A stretch of 64,000 nucleotides of DNA from Camelus dromedarius. Lineage: Eukaryota. A program made the position numbers and the translations under genes. Below the pieces are notes generated by a model. That model saw only the letters and a list, made by a program, of their open reading frames with translations. It was not told the origin of the DNA and made no database searches. The stretch is from positions 37,016,001-37,080,000 of the forward strand of contig NC_087437.1 of assembly GCF_036321535.1 (NCBI RefSeq), given 5' to 3'. Positions 34,701 through 46,250 of the stretch are shown one piece after another. Each line of letters begins with the position of its first letter. Positions within the stretch are counted from its first letter, which is position 1.

Positions 34701-37335
34701 TCCTAAAAACTGCTGTATATTTAATAGACTGATAGGTGATGAGACTTTAAAGATGGTACTACAATCTACTGAGAAAAAAAGCTAATTTTATACTTATGCA
34801 TATTCAATACAATACTATAACCATTCCATCAAAGAGGTATATACAGTTCCGCTTGAAACCCATTAGGGATACTTGCCGGGGGAAAAAAAAAAAGCAGCGG
34901 CTACAGAACAGTCAAAGATGAACAGAACATAATTCATGTAATTTATAAATGAAAAATTACACCTTCACACCTTCAATCTTATGTTCATAAATGTATTCAC
35001 ACAAATAAATGGTATTTGAATAACTCCTTCTGCTTTGTTCCAATCCAGAGGTAAAAGATAGAAAATATGCTTTTAATTATGTAAGAAATGAACTAAATCA
35101 AAATATATGCCACTAAGACACCAGAAAACAAGAAATGATTCAAAAGATTAAATTATTTAAATATATGTATTCGGTAACTGTATATTAAATGCATCACATA
35201 TGAGTAACATAATTTGATATCTGCATAAAAGTAAAATCTTAATGCAAATTAAGAGGATAGTTATAAGGCAGGGAGGCAATATATTACCTTTTCAGATACA
35301 CTAATTTGCCTGCACATGCCTCAGTGGACTCAGTAAGAGGTATCACATCAAATATTAAGTGGTAATTAGATGCTGGGATTACATGGAATTTTATTATTTT
35401 ATGTTACTCATCATTTTACTTTGCATGTACTTTTTTCCCCTAAAATGAAGACACATTACATATACAACTAAAAGGCAGAATAAATACTAAGAATAAAAAT
35501 GTGTAATCATTATAAAATAAGTATATTTTAGTAAGAAATAATAAAGTGTTTCTAAAGAGTAAAGATTTTCTTTCAGGCTAGTATGTCTATTTCTTTGCTT
35601 ATAATAATGGCTTTTTCAAAGACAATGAAAATGGAAAAATCTTGTTTGTGACATTTATAAAATAACTGTATAATCATTTTAGTCACAAAATCTAGTTTCT
35701 ACCCTATGATTAGTTTGTCAGGTCCTATATAACAGACACAGCTTCCAATTTTAAATTCATATTTATTACCTCTTTTGTTCCTCAGGCCTTGATAATGGGG
35801 GGCTGTCCTTAGGTGGGGAGGTGATGTGACCAGCTTCTTTCTTGGCCTTTCTTTAACAGCTTGCTCAACAGGGCATCTGGGTTGCTGAATATAGAGCAGG
35901 TGAAAGCAGGTGAGGATGCAAAGGGATTAAGGAGGAAATAAGGCAGCTGCACCAACTCACTAGTATGCAATAATTGGAAAGGTTTGTAGAAGTACCGAGT
36001 TACAAAGTGAGGTGTCTGATGATCTAATCTGCAGACCTTTCAAAAAGGAGATTTCAAAAATATGTCTTGAAATCCTCCCTTTACTGCTATAAAAGTCTCA
36101 GGTTGTTAGGCATTCAGGCAGGAATTTTTTTTTTTTTTTGAGAGAACTTGTTTGGAGAAAGCTACATACTAAACACTACCTCGCTCAAAAAGGGAGTGCT
36201 GGGATTCCTTCATTAAAATCAAGAGAAATGGGCTTCAGTGAGACCACTCAGAAACTTTGGTCTGTATCCTCTGAAATTAGTGGACAAGTGCTTAACTTCT
36301 GCATAAGAAGAATGGTGAACGAACGCTGCTGCTGTATGAGGATCAGCTGAATTTGAGTCTGTTTTATTAGTTAATGTGACTGTAGGACTTTTGATTATCA
36401 AAATTTACCCGCTGTAATTACGAAGCCTCCTGACGTGTTTATTTGCAGTCATTTGCAGTCATTTGCAGTCAAGAGAAATAGGTATCATTCACCGGGTAAA
36501 TTGTGAAGGGGCTGTGAAAGGAAAAATAGAGTTGCTTACACTTAACCATTCTTCAGTTCAACTTTGGTGTTCCTGGTTATGCCTGAATAGCCTTTGCACA
36601 AGTGGTTTGTTGGTTTAAGAACAAACAGAAGTGAAGACTATTTGTGCATCCTTTTCACAATGAGTATGGATCATCAGTCCCTCTCTGACATTCTCTAGTC
36701 TAGCCTAGCTTAATATTTTTTTTTTGATAGTAACACTAATGTTATGATTTATGTCCTGTTATATTTGGTTTAAAAGTCAATTCTCAGTATCACAGGTTCC
36801 CAATTGGTATTTGCATACTTTAACAAATAATTTCCTATAAAAGATGATAATATTTTAAATAGGACTTACTTTTTTTTTATTAATGACCCTTATCAATTTT
36901 TAAAGTTTTAACAAATTGTTTTTTAATTTACCTCATCCTTGAACAGTGTTTAAAAATATTATTTGCTTGAAAATTATGCTGGGGATTCACTAGAACAATC
37001 CGATAAAAAGTATTCTGTACTGGTCATTATACACCCCCCAGGTACATTCAGCATAATACTGCTCAAGTGAATATATGGTCACAATCAAGAACTGGAGGAG
37101 ACGTACTATATAACATGAAAACATTCATTCTGATACATCATTCAGCTTATATACACCAAGACGTTGTCTTCATTTCTTCAACTTCCTTCCTCTTGCTTCT
37201 TGTATAAGATTTTATCCCAGTTCCAGTACTAGCTAGATTGTTTTTGAAATGAGTGTCTGACAATCTTCAGGCTATTCTGAAAATTAGAAATGGTCTTTGC
37301 TATGCTGTTTCAGAAGAAGAAACTGCCAGCAGTAC

Positions 37336-37757
37336 TGTTACCAATTCCAACCTGGTACTGCTCGCCTCATGGCAGGCCATTCAATTGAGAGATTAGGTGT
37401 TGGGGAAAGAAATAGTGCCCTTACTCAGAAAGCTAGCCGACTGAGAAGATGGCATACAAAGGTCCTAAAAACCACCTTCCAGGAGTTAGAATTCAGGCTT
37501 CTTGTACGCTAAAAGGGGAGGGCACAAAGTCCTGGTTCTGGCCACACTCCTGAGGGAATGTGTTAATTTCATCATCATTCACAGGTGTGACTGGTCAGGG
37601 TGTTTTCTGTGATCTAAACAAAGATATTTTAGCTTAATGCTCATTACCTGGGAGGTGATGTTCCCAGAGGTGGGTTATTACGTATAATTAAAGCTTACTG
37701 GCCACATCCCTTCAGTGATTAACTTGTAAGAGAACACAAAGGTTCTTCCCTGTTACA
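37336..37757 (-). mobile_element. Solo ERV1 LTR
   Basis: tgttacc...tgttaca termini; similar organisation to the reverse complement of the 18250 LTR (tgctc..ttgagaga..gtgttgg..agaagatgg); TSD not evident. Confidence 0.8.
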
Positions 37758-38140
37758 ACTGCTAGATAACAGCCATTCAAAATAAGCCTTTCCGGGAAAT
37801 CATCTATCTCACCTCAGGATCTACTCAGCTCCTTCCTTCTCTCGATAAAGAACTGTTTACGAAACATTTGTGATGTGGTCCTTTTTTATTACTTGGTCAG
37901 TGAGTAGGATGTCTTTCTAGCTCTGAATATGACCAGGTTCTTTTAATCCTTTCATTTTCCTTATTGCTATCAGCTGTTTCCCCTCTTTTAGGTATTTTTC
38001 TCCATTCACCACAATTGTGCCTTCTGGTCCTGCCACAGAGAAGTAAATCCTAACATTTTCTGAAACAAACCTCAACAGCCCTATCTACATCTTGCTCTTC
38101 TAAGGCAGCAAAACATTCCTTATTTATATTTTCATTCTTT

Positions 38141-39553
38141 TTTTTTTTTAACATTTTTTATTGATTTATAATCATTTTACAATGTTGTGTCAAATTCCAG
38201 TGTTCAGCACAATTTTTCAGTCGTTCATGGACATATACACACTCATTGTCACATTTTTTTCTCTGTGAGTTATCATAACATTTTGTGTATATTTCCCTGT
38301 GCTATACAGTGTAATCTTGTTTATCTCTTCTACAATTTTGAAATCCCAGTCTTTCCCTTCCCACCCTCCACCCCCCTGGTAACCACAAGTCTGTATTCTC
38401 TGTCTTTGAGTCTATTTCTGTCCTGTATTTACGCTTTGTTTTTGTTTGTTTGTTTTTGTTTTTGTTTTTTAGATTCCACTTATAAGCGATCTCATATGGT
38501 ATTTTTCTTTCTCTTTCTGGCTTACTTCACTTAGAATGACATTCTCCAGAAGCATCCATGTTGCTGCTAATGGCATTATGTTGTCGGTTTTTATGGCTGA
38601 GTAGTATTCCATTGTATAAATATACCACTTCTGCTTTATCCAGTCACCTGTTGATGGACATTTAGGCTGTTTCCATGTTTTGGCTATTGTAAATAGTGCT
38701 GCTATGAACATTGGGGTGCAGGTGTCATCCTGAAGTAGATTTCCTTCTGGATACAAGCCCAAGAGTGGGATTCCTGGGTCATATAGTAAGTCTATTCCTA
38801 GTCTTTTGAGGAATCTCCACACTGTTTTCCATAGTGGCTGCACCAAACTGCATTCCTACCAGCAGTGTAGGAGGGTTCCCCTTTCTCCACAGCCTCTCCA
38901 GCATTTGTCATTTGTGGATTTTTGAATGACGGCCATTCTGACTGGTGTGAGGTGATACCTCATTGTAGTTTTGATTTGCATTTCTGTGATAATTAGTGAT
39001 ATTGAGCATTTTTTCATGTGCTTTTTGATCATTTGTATGTCTTCCTTGGAGAATTGCTTGTTTAGGTCTTCTGCCCATTTTTGGATTGGGTTTTTTATTT
39101 TTTTCTTATTGAGTCGTATGAGCTGCTTATATATTCTGGAGATCAAGCCTTTGTCGGTTTCACTTGCAAAAATTTTCTCCCATTCTGTAGGTTTTCTTCT
39201 TGTTTTACTTCTGGTTTCCTTTGCTGTGCAGAAGCTTGTAAGTTTCATTAGGTCCCATTTGTTGATTCTTGCTTTTATTTCTTCTAGGAGAAAATTTTTG
39301 AAGTGTATGTCAGATAATGTTTTGCCTATGTTTTCCTCTAGGAGGTTTATTGTATCTTGTCTTATGTTTAAGTCTTTAATCCATTTTGAGTTGATTTTTG
39401 TATATGGTGTAAGGGAGTGTTCTAGCTTCATTGTTTTACATGCTGCTGTCCAGTTTTCCCAACACCATTTGCTGAAGAGACTGTCTTTATTCCATTGTAT
39501 ATTCTTGCCTCCTTTGTCGAAGATGAGTTGACCAAAAGTTTGTGGGTTCATTA
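38141..39553 (-). mobile_element. Young 5'-truncated LINE-1 (ORF2 C-terminus and 3'UTR)
   Basis: ORF 38856..39551 is open for 231 aa and continues in frame after one stop (38469..38846). Perfect 16-bp TSD tatattttcattcttt (38125-38140 / 39554-39569) followed by AA, matching an L1 endonuclease site. Poly(T) tail. Confidence 0.98.
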
Positions 39554-40312
39554 TATATTTTCATTCTTTAAGTTCACTTGTAAATGAAATTTAGAATACT
39601 GGCTACTGCTTTTCCTAAATCTTGCCTTTTGAAGAAAAAACTAGGGTTCAAGCTGTTTTCATGACTTTTAGAACTATTCTCATTTATAGCAGTCTTTAAA
39701 ATAGGCTTCAGAAATGACTTTGTTTGTTTTTCTTGCAGTATTATAGCATAAATTGTGAAATGCTTCTGATTGAAGTCAGTTGAACTCTGAAATTAGTAAC
39801 CACTTAAAAAATTATTTTTTATAAAATGCAAACAACTTATGTTTAGTGAAAAATTTTTTTAAATTGTGACTTAATCTGAAGTACCAGTTCTTTTCAGTTT
39901 AATTTCTTAGAAATATTTAAATTGCTATCTTTAAAAAAATACATAATTATATCTATTATCTATGTATATGTTCACTCCTCAGTTTTTTTTCCCCAGTATC
40001 CTAAGAACAAATCAGTCAGAGGAAAATGACACAAGAATTTCCTCACTAATCAAATTTGATAGGGCAATCTATGTCTTAAACAGATAAACACTAAGGCATT
40101 GTTGACTACCTTGAAAAAAAAATCTAGTGTTACATTAGCATTATTTAAACCAAATTTAGTTTTATTTAATTCCTATCTTTATTGTATATATTTTTATTAC
40201 CTTAAAACAACACTTTTTATAGAGATAGAAGAGTCTCTTCATGAATGAGGAAATAATATTCCATGGCAGTTATCCACTGGTTAATTGATAAATTCTAGGT
40301 TGTGTGTATGGA

Positions 40313-40420
40313 CACAGACAGCTAAAGACTTACAAAAGAAAAGCACGAGGTGGTTTAAGCTGGTTAAATCGGCGGCTGGCAATGGAGATGGTGGGGTATT
40401 GGAAGGCAATGAGTAGCCTT
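40313..40420 (+). repeat. Copy A of a local ~110-bp direct repeat
   Basis: Aligns to 45087-45198 with 13 substitutions and one 4-bp indel by hand count. Confidence 0.92.
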
Positions 40421-42276
40421 GTTTTATATCTTTATTATGCTTTAGTTCACTTCCTTGGACATCTATATTTTACAGTACTATGTTGAAAACCAATTTTTAT
40501 GATGCAAATATACAGTTTAAATTTCATGAATAACTGAATATTTGAGACTTGGATAATTTTGTCAAATTATTATTTGTATTCTAATGATAGGAAATGTTAC
40601 ATAAAAACTTTTTAAAATTTTAGCCCACTTTTAACAGTCTGCTTTTATTCACAGTTCTTGACATGAAAATTTAACTGATAACACAATTAATGAGCCACAG
40701 GACTCAATTTGATGCTTTAATATTTAGAATTATAATGAAATTATAATTTTCCTTATTTATTTACATTAACCAATGCATTAAAGTCTCAACATCTGCCAGT
40801 TAACATATGCTTCCCAATCACACTAGCTAATTGTTTTTGTGAGGGTTTTCAGGAACAAATAATTTGCAATGAAGGAGAAAAAAGTGTTCAAATATTCAAA
40901 TCAATCCAAGGGATATGAATCATAAAAACTCTCTACTCATGCTAAATTTACCATTAAATCCTAAATCAGAGTGTATAGCTGTTACTTTTGACATCTCTCT
41001 AACATTTTTCAAGCTGTTTCCCCTTATTTTATTATAAGAATTGTTTGAATCGGCTGCATGGATTTTAATAGTCCTTCCAAAATATGATTGAAGGCAGGGA
41101 ACATGACAGTTTAAATCACTGAATAACATCTAGTAAAGACAGTAACCAGAGCAGATTAAACACAACTCACCACTGATTTTCACAGGTACTTTTTTTAACA
41201 AAGGTAACAAAATGTGTAGACATATTGAACATTTACCACATTTAGAAATGTTTACCCATGTTTTTCTTTTTTCCCCATCATATTGTAGTAGAAACTATAA
41301 AAAAAAAAAAAAAGAAAGGAAAACTTGCTTAACTCTGAAAACACTACTGGTACATAACAGAATGTCTGTCTTTAGAAATTAAAAATAACAAGATATTACT
41401 TCTTTATTCCTTGAATGGAGAATCTCAACAGACATTTTATTTTCCTACGACATTCAGGAAAAAAAGCTAAATTTTTTTGCACTTTCACTATTTGACAAAA
41501 TTGTTAGGTGAACTTAGAACTTCTCCAGATCACCAATGAACTAGACAAAACCCTCTTTTTTGCCAGAGACAATATAGTGTAGGTTATAAATATCCTAAAT
41601 TTCAGCAAGTCATATGACTCATTAATATACAGAAGCCTAAATCTGACTGTGTTAAAGGTTATGCATTGCTTCTTCATTTCATCATGTGCTACTTTTCTGT
41701 TATTAAAGGTGGTCCTTCTGCTATTCTGTGGAATAAAGCTGTTTCATGCAGACAAATAACCAGTGTGGCCTGGTCTCACTTGCTGTACAACAGTTGATAT
41801 AAAGACAAAAGGCTTTTGAGAGAAAACAAGAACACTGGACAAATTAAACTATAATATTTTTAACTGGTAATAATGTTAAAGTTGCCATCCTCATTGCTTA
41901 CTAAAAATTGTAAGTGACTTCTGTTTCAAAAGGCATAAAAATCAAATTTTAAATACATAAACCAAAACTCCAAATCCTTTAGCAATGTATTTACCATAGA
42001 ATAAGGTTATTTTCTTATAATAGCATTAATTTAAATAGTGAACATTTGCTTATCTAAAAGTCAAATGAGGAAGAATTAAACTATGGTTACTTTAGTGCTG
42101 AAGCTTTGTCTTTAATAATAGCAGGATACAGTACGTAGAGAAAATGTTCACTGCTCAGGTTCAGGCAAGAATAAAATCCTTCAGCAGTACAAATGACTGC
42201 TGATTGATTTTCTGCACTCTAAAATTTGTTTAAAAGTAAAATGCTATATGTAGAAACCTGATTTTCCATCAACATA

Positions 42277-42604
42277 CAGTTGGCCCTTTACAGGCACAGG
42301 TGCCTCATCCTTGGATTCAACTAATCGCAATTCAAAAATGGTTGGGAAAAAACTGCAGAAAGTTTCGAAAGGCAAAACTTGAATTTGCTGCACACTAGCA
42401 ATGTTTACATAGAATTTACATTGTATTTACAACTATTTATGTAGCATATGCATTTTATTAAGTATTAGAAATAATCTAGGGATGATTTGAAGTACTCAGG
42501 ATGATGTGCTAGGCTATATGCAAAGACTATACCATTTTATACGAAGGACTTGAGCACTTGCCTGCGTCCTAGAACCAATCCCCCTGGATACTGAGGGATG
42601 ACTC
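42277..42604. mobile_element. MER2/MER2B-like TcMar-Tigger MITE
   Basis: TA-flanked TIRs cagttggccct...agggatgactc; internal ggattcaac, gcaaaacttgaatttgc, ggacttgagca. Confidence 0.9.
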
Positions 42605-42694
42605 TATATAGAAAAATTAGTGATGTGTTATCATAGGAAATACATTAATTCAATGATATAATTTAATCTCTGCTTTCATTTACAGGATGGATGA

Positions 42695-42850
42695 TGAGTC
42701 AGGACAACTATAATTTAAAATCAGCTCTGCCACTCAATGCATGAGATCTCAGGCTATAGCTTATTCCCTTCTGCCTGTTTTCCAATTTCTGAAATATTAG
42801 CATTTAGATTAGATGTTCTGTTAAGTTCTTTATCTCTTTAATTCTCTAAT
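42695..42850 (+). mobile_element. MIR fragment
   Basis: gagtcaggacaac..cagctctgccact core and a MIR3-like tail. Confidence 0.6.
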
Positions 42851-42895
42851 ATTTTTCTCCAAACGCAAACTATGATCTGTGGCATCTTGGGGGAT

Positions 42896-43465
42896 TGTAG
42901 TGAACATACACTATGGTGACCCTCCAGTGAGTTAGATCCTTGTGAATTCCCTCCCTTTGCGTGTATGTGGAATCTACAACCTGTTTTTAACCAACAGAAA
43001 ATGACAAAGGGGGTAGGCTATCATTAGCGTGATTATATCACACTGTGTAAGATTCCATCTTCGCAGACTAGAGTGTGAGATTCTCCTGTTGGCCTTGAAG
43101 AAGCAAACAGCCATGTGACCTGTCTATGGAGGAAGCCATATGCCAAGAAATGGCAGACAGTCTCTAGGACCTGAGGACAGTCTTCACCCAAAAGCCAGTA
43201 AGAAGCTGGGCCCTCAGTCACACAGCTGCAAGAAAATGCATTCCGCCAACAATCTGAATGAACTTGGAAGGGTATCCTTTACTAACCACGCTTCCAGAAG
43301 AGAATGCAACCCCGTTGACATCTTGATTACAGCCTTGTGAGACCCTGAACAGAAGACCCTGCTAAATCATGCCCTGAATCCTGACCCACAAAGCAGAATA
43401 ATATGTGCTATGTTAAGTCACTAAATTTAGGATAATCTGTTACCTAGCAATCGAAAATGAATACA
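42896..43465 (+). mobile_element. MaLR solo LTR (MLT1E/F-like)
   Basis: tgtagtg...aatgaataca; diagnostic ggccttgaagaagcaaacagccatgtg, gccaacaatctgaatgaacttggaag, acagccttgtgagaccctga. Confidence 0.9.
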
Positions 43466-43921
43466 AGACTACAGTCTCAGATCTCTTGCCTCTTTGGAAA
43501 ATTGCTGATTGGGAAAAACAACAATAAGAAGGGATGGGGAGATGTTATACCTCTCCTAGCAGGTATCTGGTAAAGCTCCTTCGCATTGTAAGCATAATCT
43601 TAGTAGTACAGAATTGTTTTCCCCTTTTGGCTTTGTTCTGTAATACTAAGAATGACAGAAATGCATTACTGTTTTCTTTATTCCTCAGCCACCCACCCCC
43701 TGACCAGGTGTTAAAGTCATAACACTTGAAACTGTAACTCTGTCACTTGACAATCATTCCTTACAAGTGGTCAGAAATGCTAACTGAGTAAATCCCCAGT
43801 AAGTTAGAGCAATTATCTGAAGAGGTCAATCTCAATTACTAGCAAGCACGCTCATACTTTAAAATTATTCTTTATTTACATTTTCATTCAGGTGCAGTAT
43901 TTCTAGCGAGATCCTAAGCTC

Positions 43922-44070
43922 AGAGCTTAGAGCTAGAGGAAACTCAAGAGAGCACCAATAAAACCACCTCGTTTTATGGGTGAGAACAGGTTTCCCAGGA
44001 AAGCTGAAATGACCGCTTACGATTAGTCATATATAATGCCACAGAATTAGGACAAGAACACAGGACTTGG
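43922..44070 (-). mobile_element. MIR fragment
   Basis: ctcgttttatgggtgagaacagg..cccagga MIR-core-like sequence. Confidence 0.55.
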
Positions 44071-44454
44071 ACCTTACAAAATATATTTGATCAGTTATAT
44101 AGTCACATAAGGTTCTGCAAATTTTCTGAAATTTAAATAACATTGAAAAATGTAAAATAAAATAATAATCATCTGTATCCCTTCCACCTAAAATTAAGCA
44201 TTGTTAGCACCTTGACACTTTGCTACCATTTTCACAGACAAGTACTATATTGCAGTGCCCAAACTATCAAAAATGGAAGTATAAAAGAGTTACAAAACAC
44301 ACATACCACCCAATGCAGTTTTTAAAAATTAACTTGTTAACTGTCAGGTGACTTTGAAGTGGCATAGCAGAGATGTGAATGGAACACAACCATGTGGGCT
44401 CTTAAAGCCCATTCCTTATTTCTGTAATTCCTTAGTAAGCTCACTTGCATTTTT

Positions 44455-44625
44455 AAATGAGGCTAGCCTTCATTAAGGAGGTGTCCTTTGAAAGAACTGA
44501 GGAGGTGATGGACTCATCTCCTTGGAAAGAGCACAAAGAAGTGAAACAATCTGTTCAAAGGCTCTGAGATGGAACAACTGCTTGTGTATTTTAAAATCAG
44601 CAAGGAGGCCACTGTGGTTGAGGGA
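44455..44625 (-). mobile_element. L2 fragment
   Basis: ccttcattaaggaggtgtcctttgaa; caaaggctctgagatgggaac-like motif; cagcaaggaggccactgtgg. Confidence 0.65.
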
Positions 44626-45086
44626 AGTTCTTGTACTCTACCATGCTTTGACAAATGAGCCCCTCACTGTACATCTGACTTCATCCTCTACCATCCTCAT
44701 CCTTGTTTATTTCACCCAGCCCTTTTGGCATCTAAGTGAAAACTATTTGATGGCTTTAAGCAATGAGCACCCAATCCAGCTTACTGTGTTGCTTTACATG
44801 TTGTTTTCTTAACAGACAGTGTGATTCTGTGCTTGGTGCAAGTGCACTGTGACTAGAGAATCAGATTTAGCCAGTGTTGTATTTTCCCTGAGGTAAAAAA
44901 ATGAAATGAAAGAGGGTTAAGAGAGTTTAGGGTAGATGAAAAGAGATGATGATGATGACTGAGTTTAAGTTAAGTACAGTGGGAAGAAATTACATCAATG
45001 GTGACAACTAAAATGGCTGATGTAAATAAAAAGCAGAATTAAAAGACTGACACATCACTGGTGAAAGGAATTTAGGAGTCACAAAG

Positions 45087-45198
45087 CACAGACAGCTAAA
45101 AACTAACTCACAAGAGAAAAGCACTAGATGGTTAAAGCTGGTTACACTGGAGGCTGGCAGTGGAGATGGTGGGGTACTGGAAGGCAGTGAGTAGCCTT
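45087..45198 (+). repeat. Copy B of the local ~110-bp direct repeat
   Basis: See 40313-40420. Confidence 0.92.
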
Positions 45199-45494
45199 TA
45201 TTCCCTACTTTTGAAAAATGGTCCTTTTTTTTTTGAATGACCATCACTATGGGGTAGCCCTGTCTTGAGTCCTCAGGATTTTACACTCTAACTTCAGGAA
45301 GCCAAGAGTTTGGTACTGAAAGACTAATAGACCATGGGATAGAGAAGAGAGTTACAAAGGCTATGATGGAGGTAAATTTTAAAAAGCTGTATATTCACAT
45401 GAATAATTTATTACTAATTTCTTAATTATTTAAAATAATTCTTTGAACAAATGGCCACAAAATCATGAAGAATTAATGATATGTCATGGGAAAA

Positions 45495-45688
45495 AATGGC
45501 TTTGAAATTAGGAAACCATGTTCTGATATTACCTGTATGATTTTGGGAAAATTTCCCATTCTCATTCTGGATTTTCTTATTTTAAAATTTGCACTTAAAA
45601 GCCCACTTCCTGGGTTACCGAAAGGGTTGTGAAAGTTTCTGGCAGTGTCTTACACAGAGTAGGTGCTCAGTTAATGCTGGTTACCCTT
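45495..45688 (+). mobile_element. MIR
   Basis: ggctttgaaattagg...ctgtatgattttgggaaa...cagtgtcttacacagagtaggtgctcagttaatg. Confidence 0.7.
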
Positions 45689-46190
45689 CCCTTCCTGGTG
45701 GTACTAATACAATATAAAATTTATGAAAATGTATAAAAGTTACTTTTTTGTTTTCTGACCAAACAGAATATAATAAATCTTTCCTGTGTTTTGACAACTC
45801 TAAATTAGGAGACAAATGCATGGAGTTAGCTATAGATGAACCTTTATAGAAAAGAGCAAAGGTTGCAATTAATAAGGGATGCTAACCCACCTTATTTTTA
45901 TCTCTTACGGAGATGTTCATTCTTTAATATGTGTCTAAAAAAACACTAAAGATAAGCTCTTAAACCTTATTTATGCCATTGAATTGTAGGGACTTTTATT
46001 TAGGCACTTTACTGGCTATTCTCTGTCACTTTCATTACTTAATCAGTTTAATACAAGTGACTTCCACATTAATTGTGGTCTATGATGAGACACTTTGTGT
46101 TATGTATTTAAAAATGAAATACAGCCTAATCACAAAATCAAAAAGCATTATATTTAAATAAATGTATTTGGGAGAAGTCTAAGGAACATT

Positions 46191-46250
46191 AATTAAACAT
46201 AACTATGAAAAAATTAAACATAACTATGAATAAATTAAACATAACTATAA
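46191..46250. repeat. Minisatellite, about 3 x 21-bp unit aattaaacataactatgaa(a/t)a
   Basis: Seen directly. Confidence 0.9.

Noticed and set aside
38971..39531. 186-aa hydrophobic plus-strand ORF (also 2589..3008 and 56858..57235)
   Set aside because: These are the usual antisense open frames of L1 ORF2.
40313..40420. Duplicated unit as tandem coding exons on the minus strand
   Set aside because: Donor-like sites exist, but there is no shared polypyrimidine acceptor and no recognisable peptide; kept only as a duplication.
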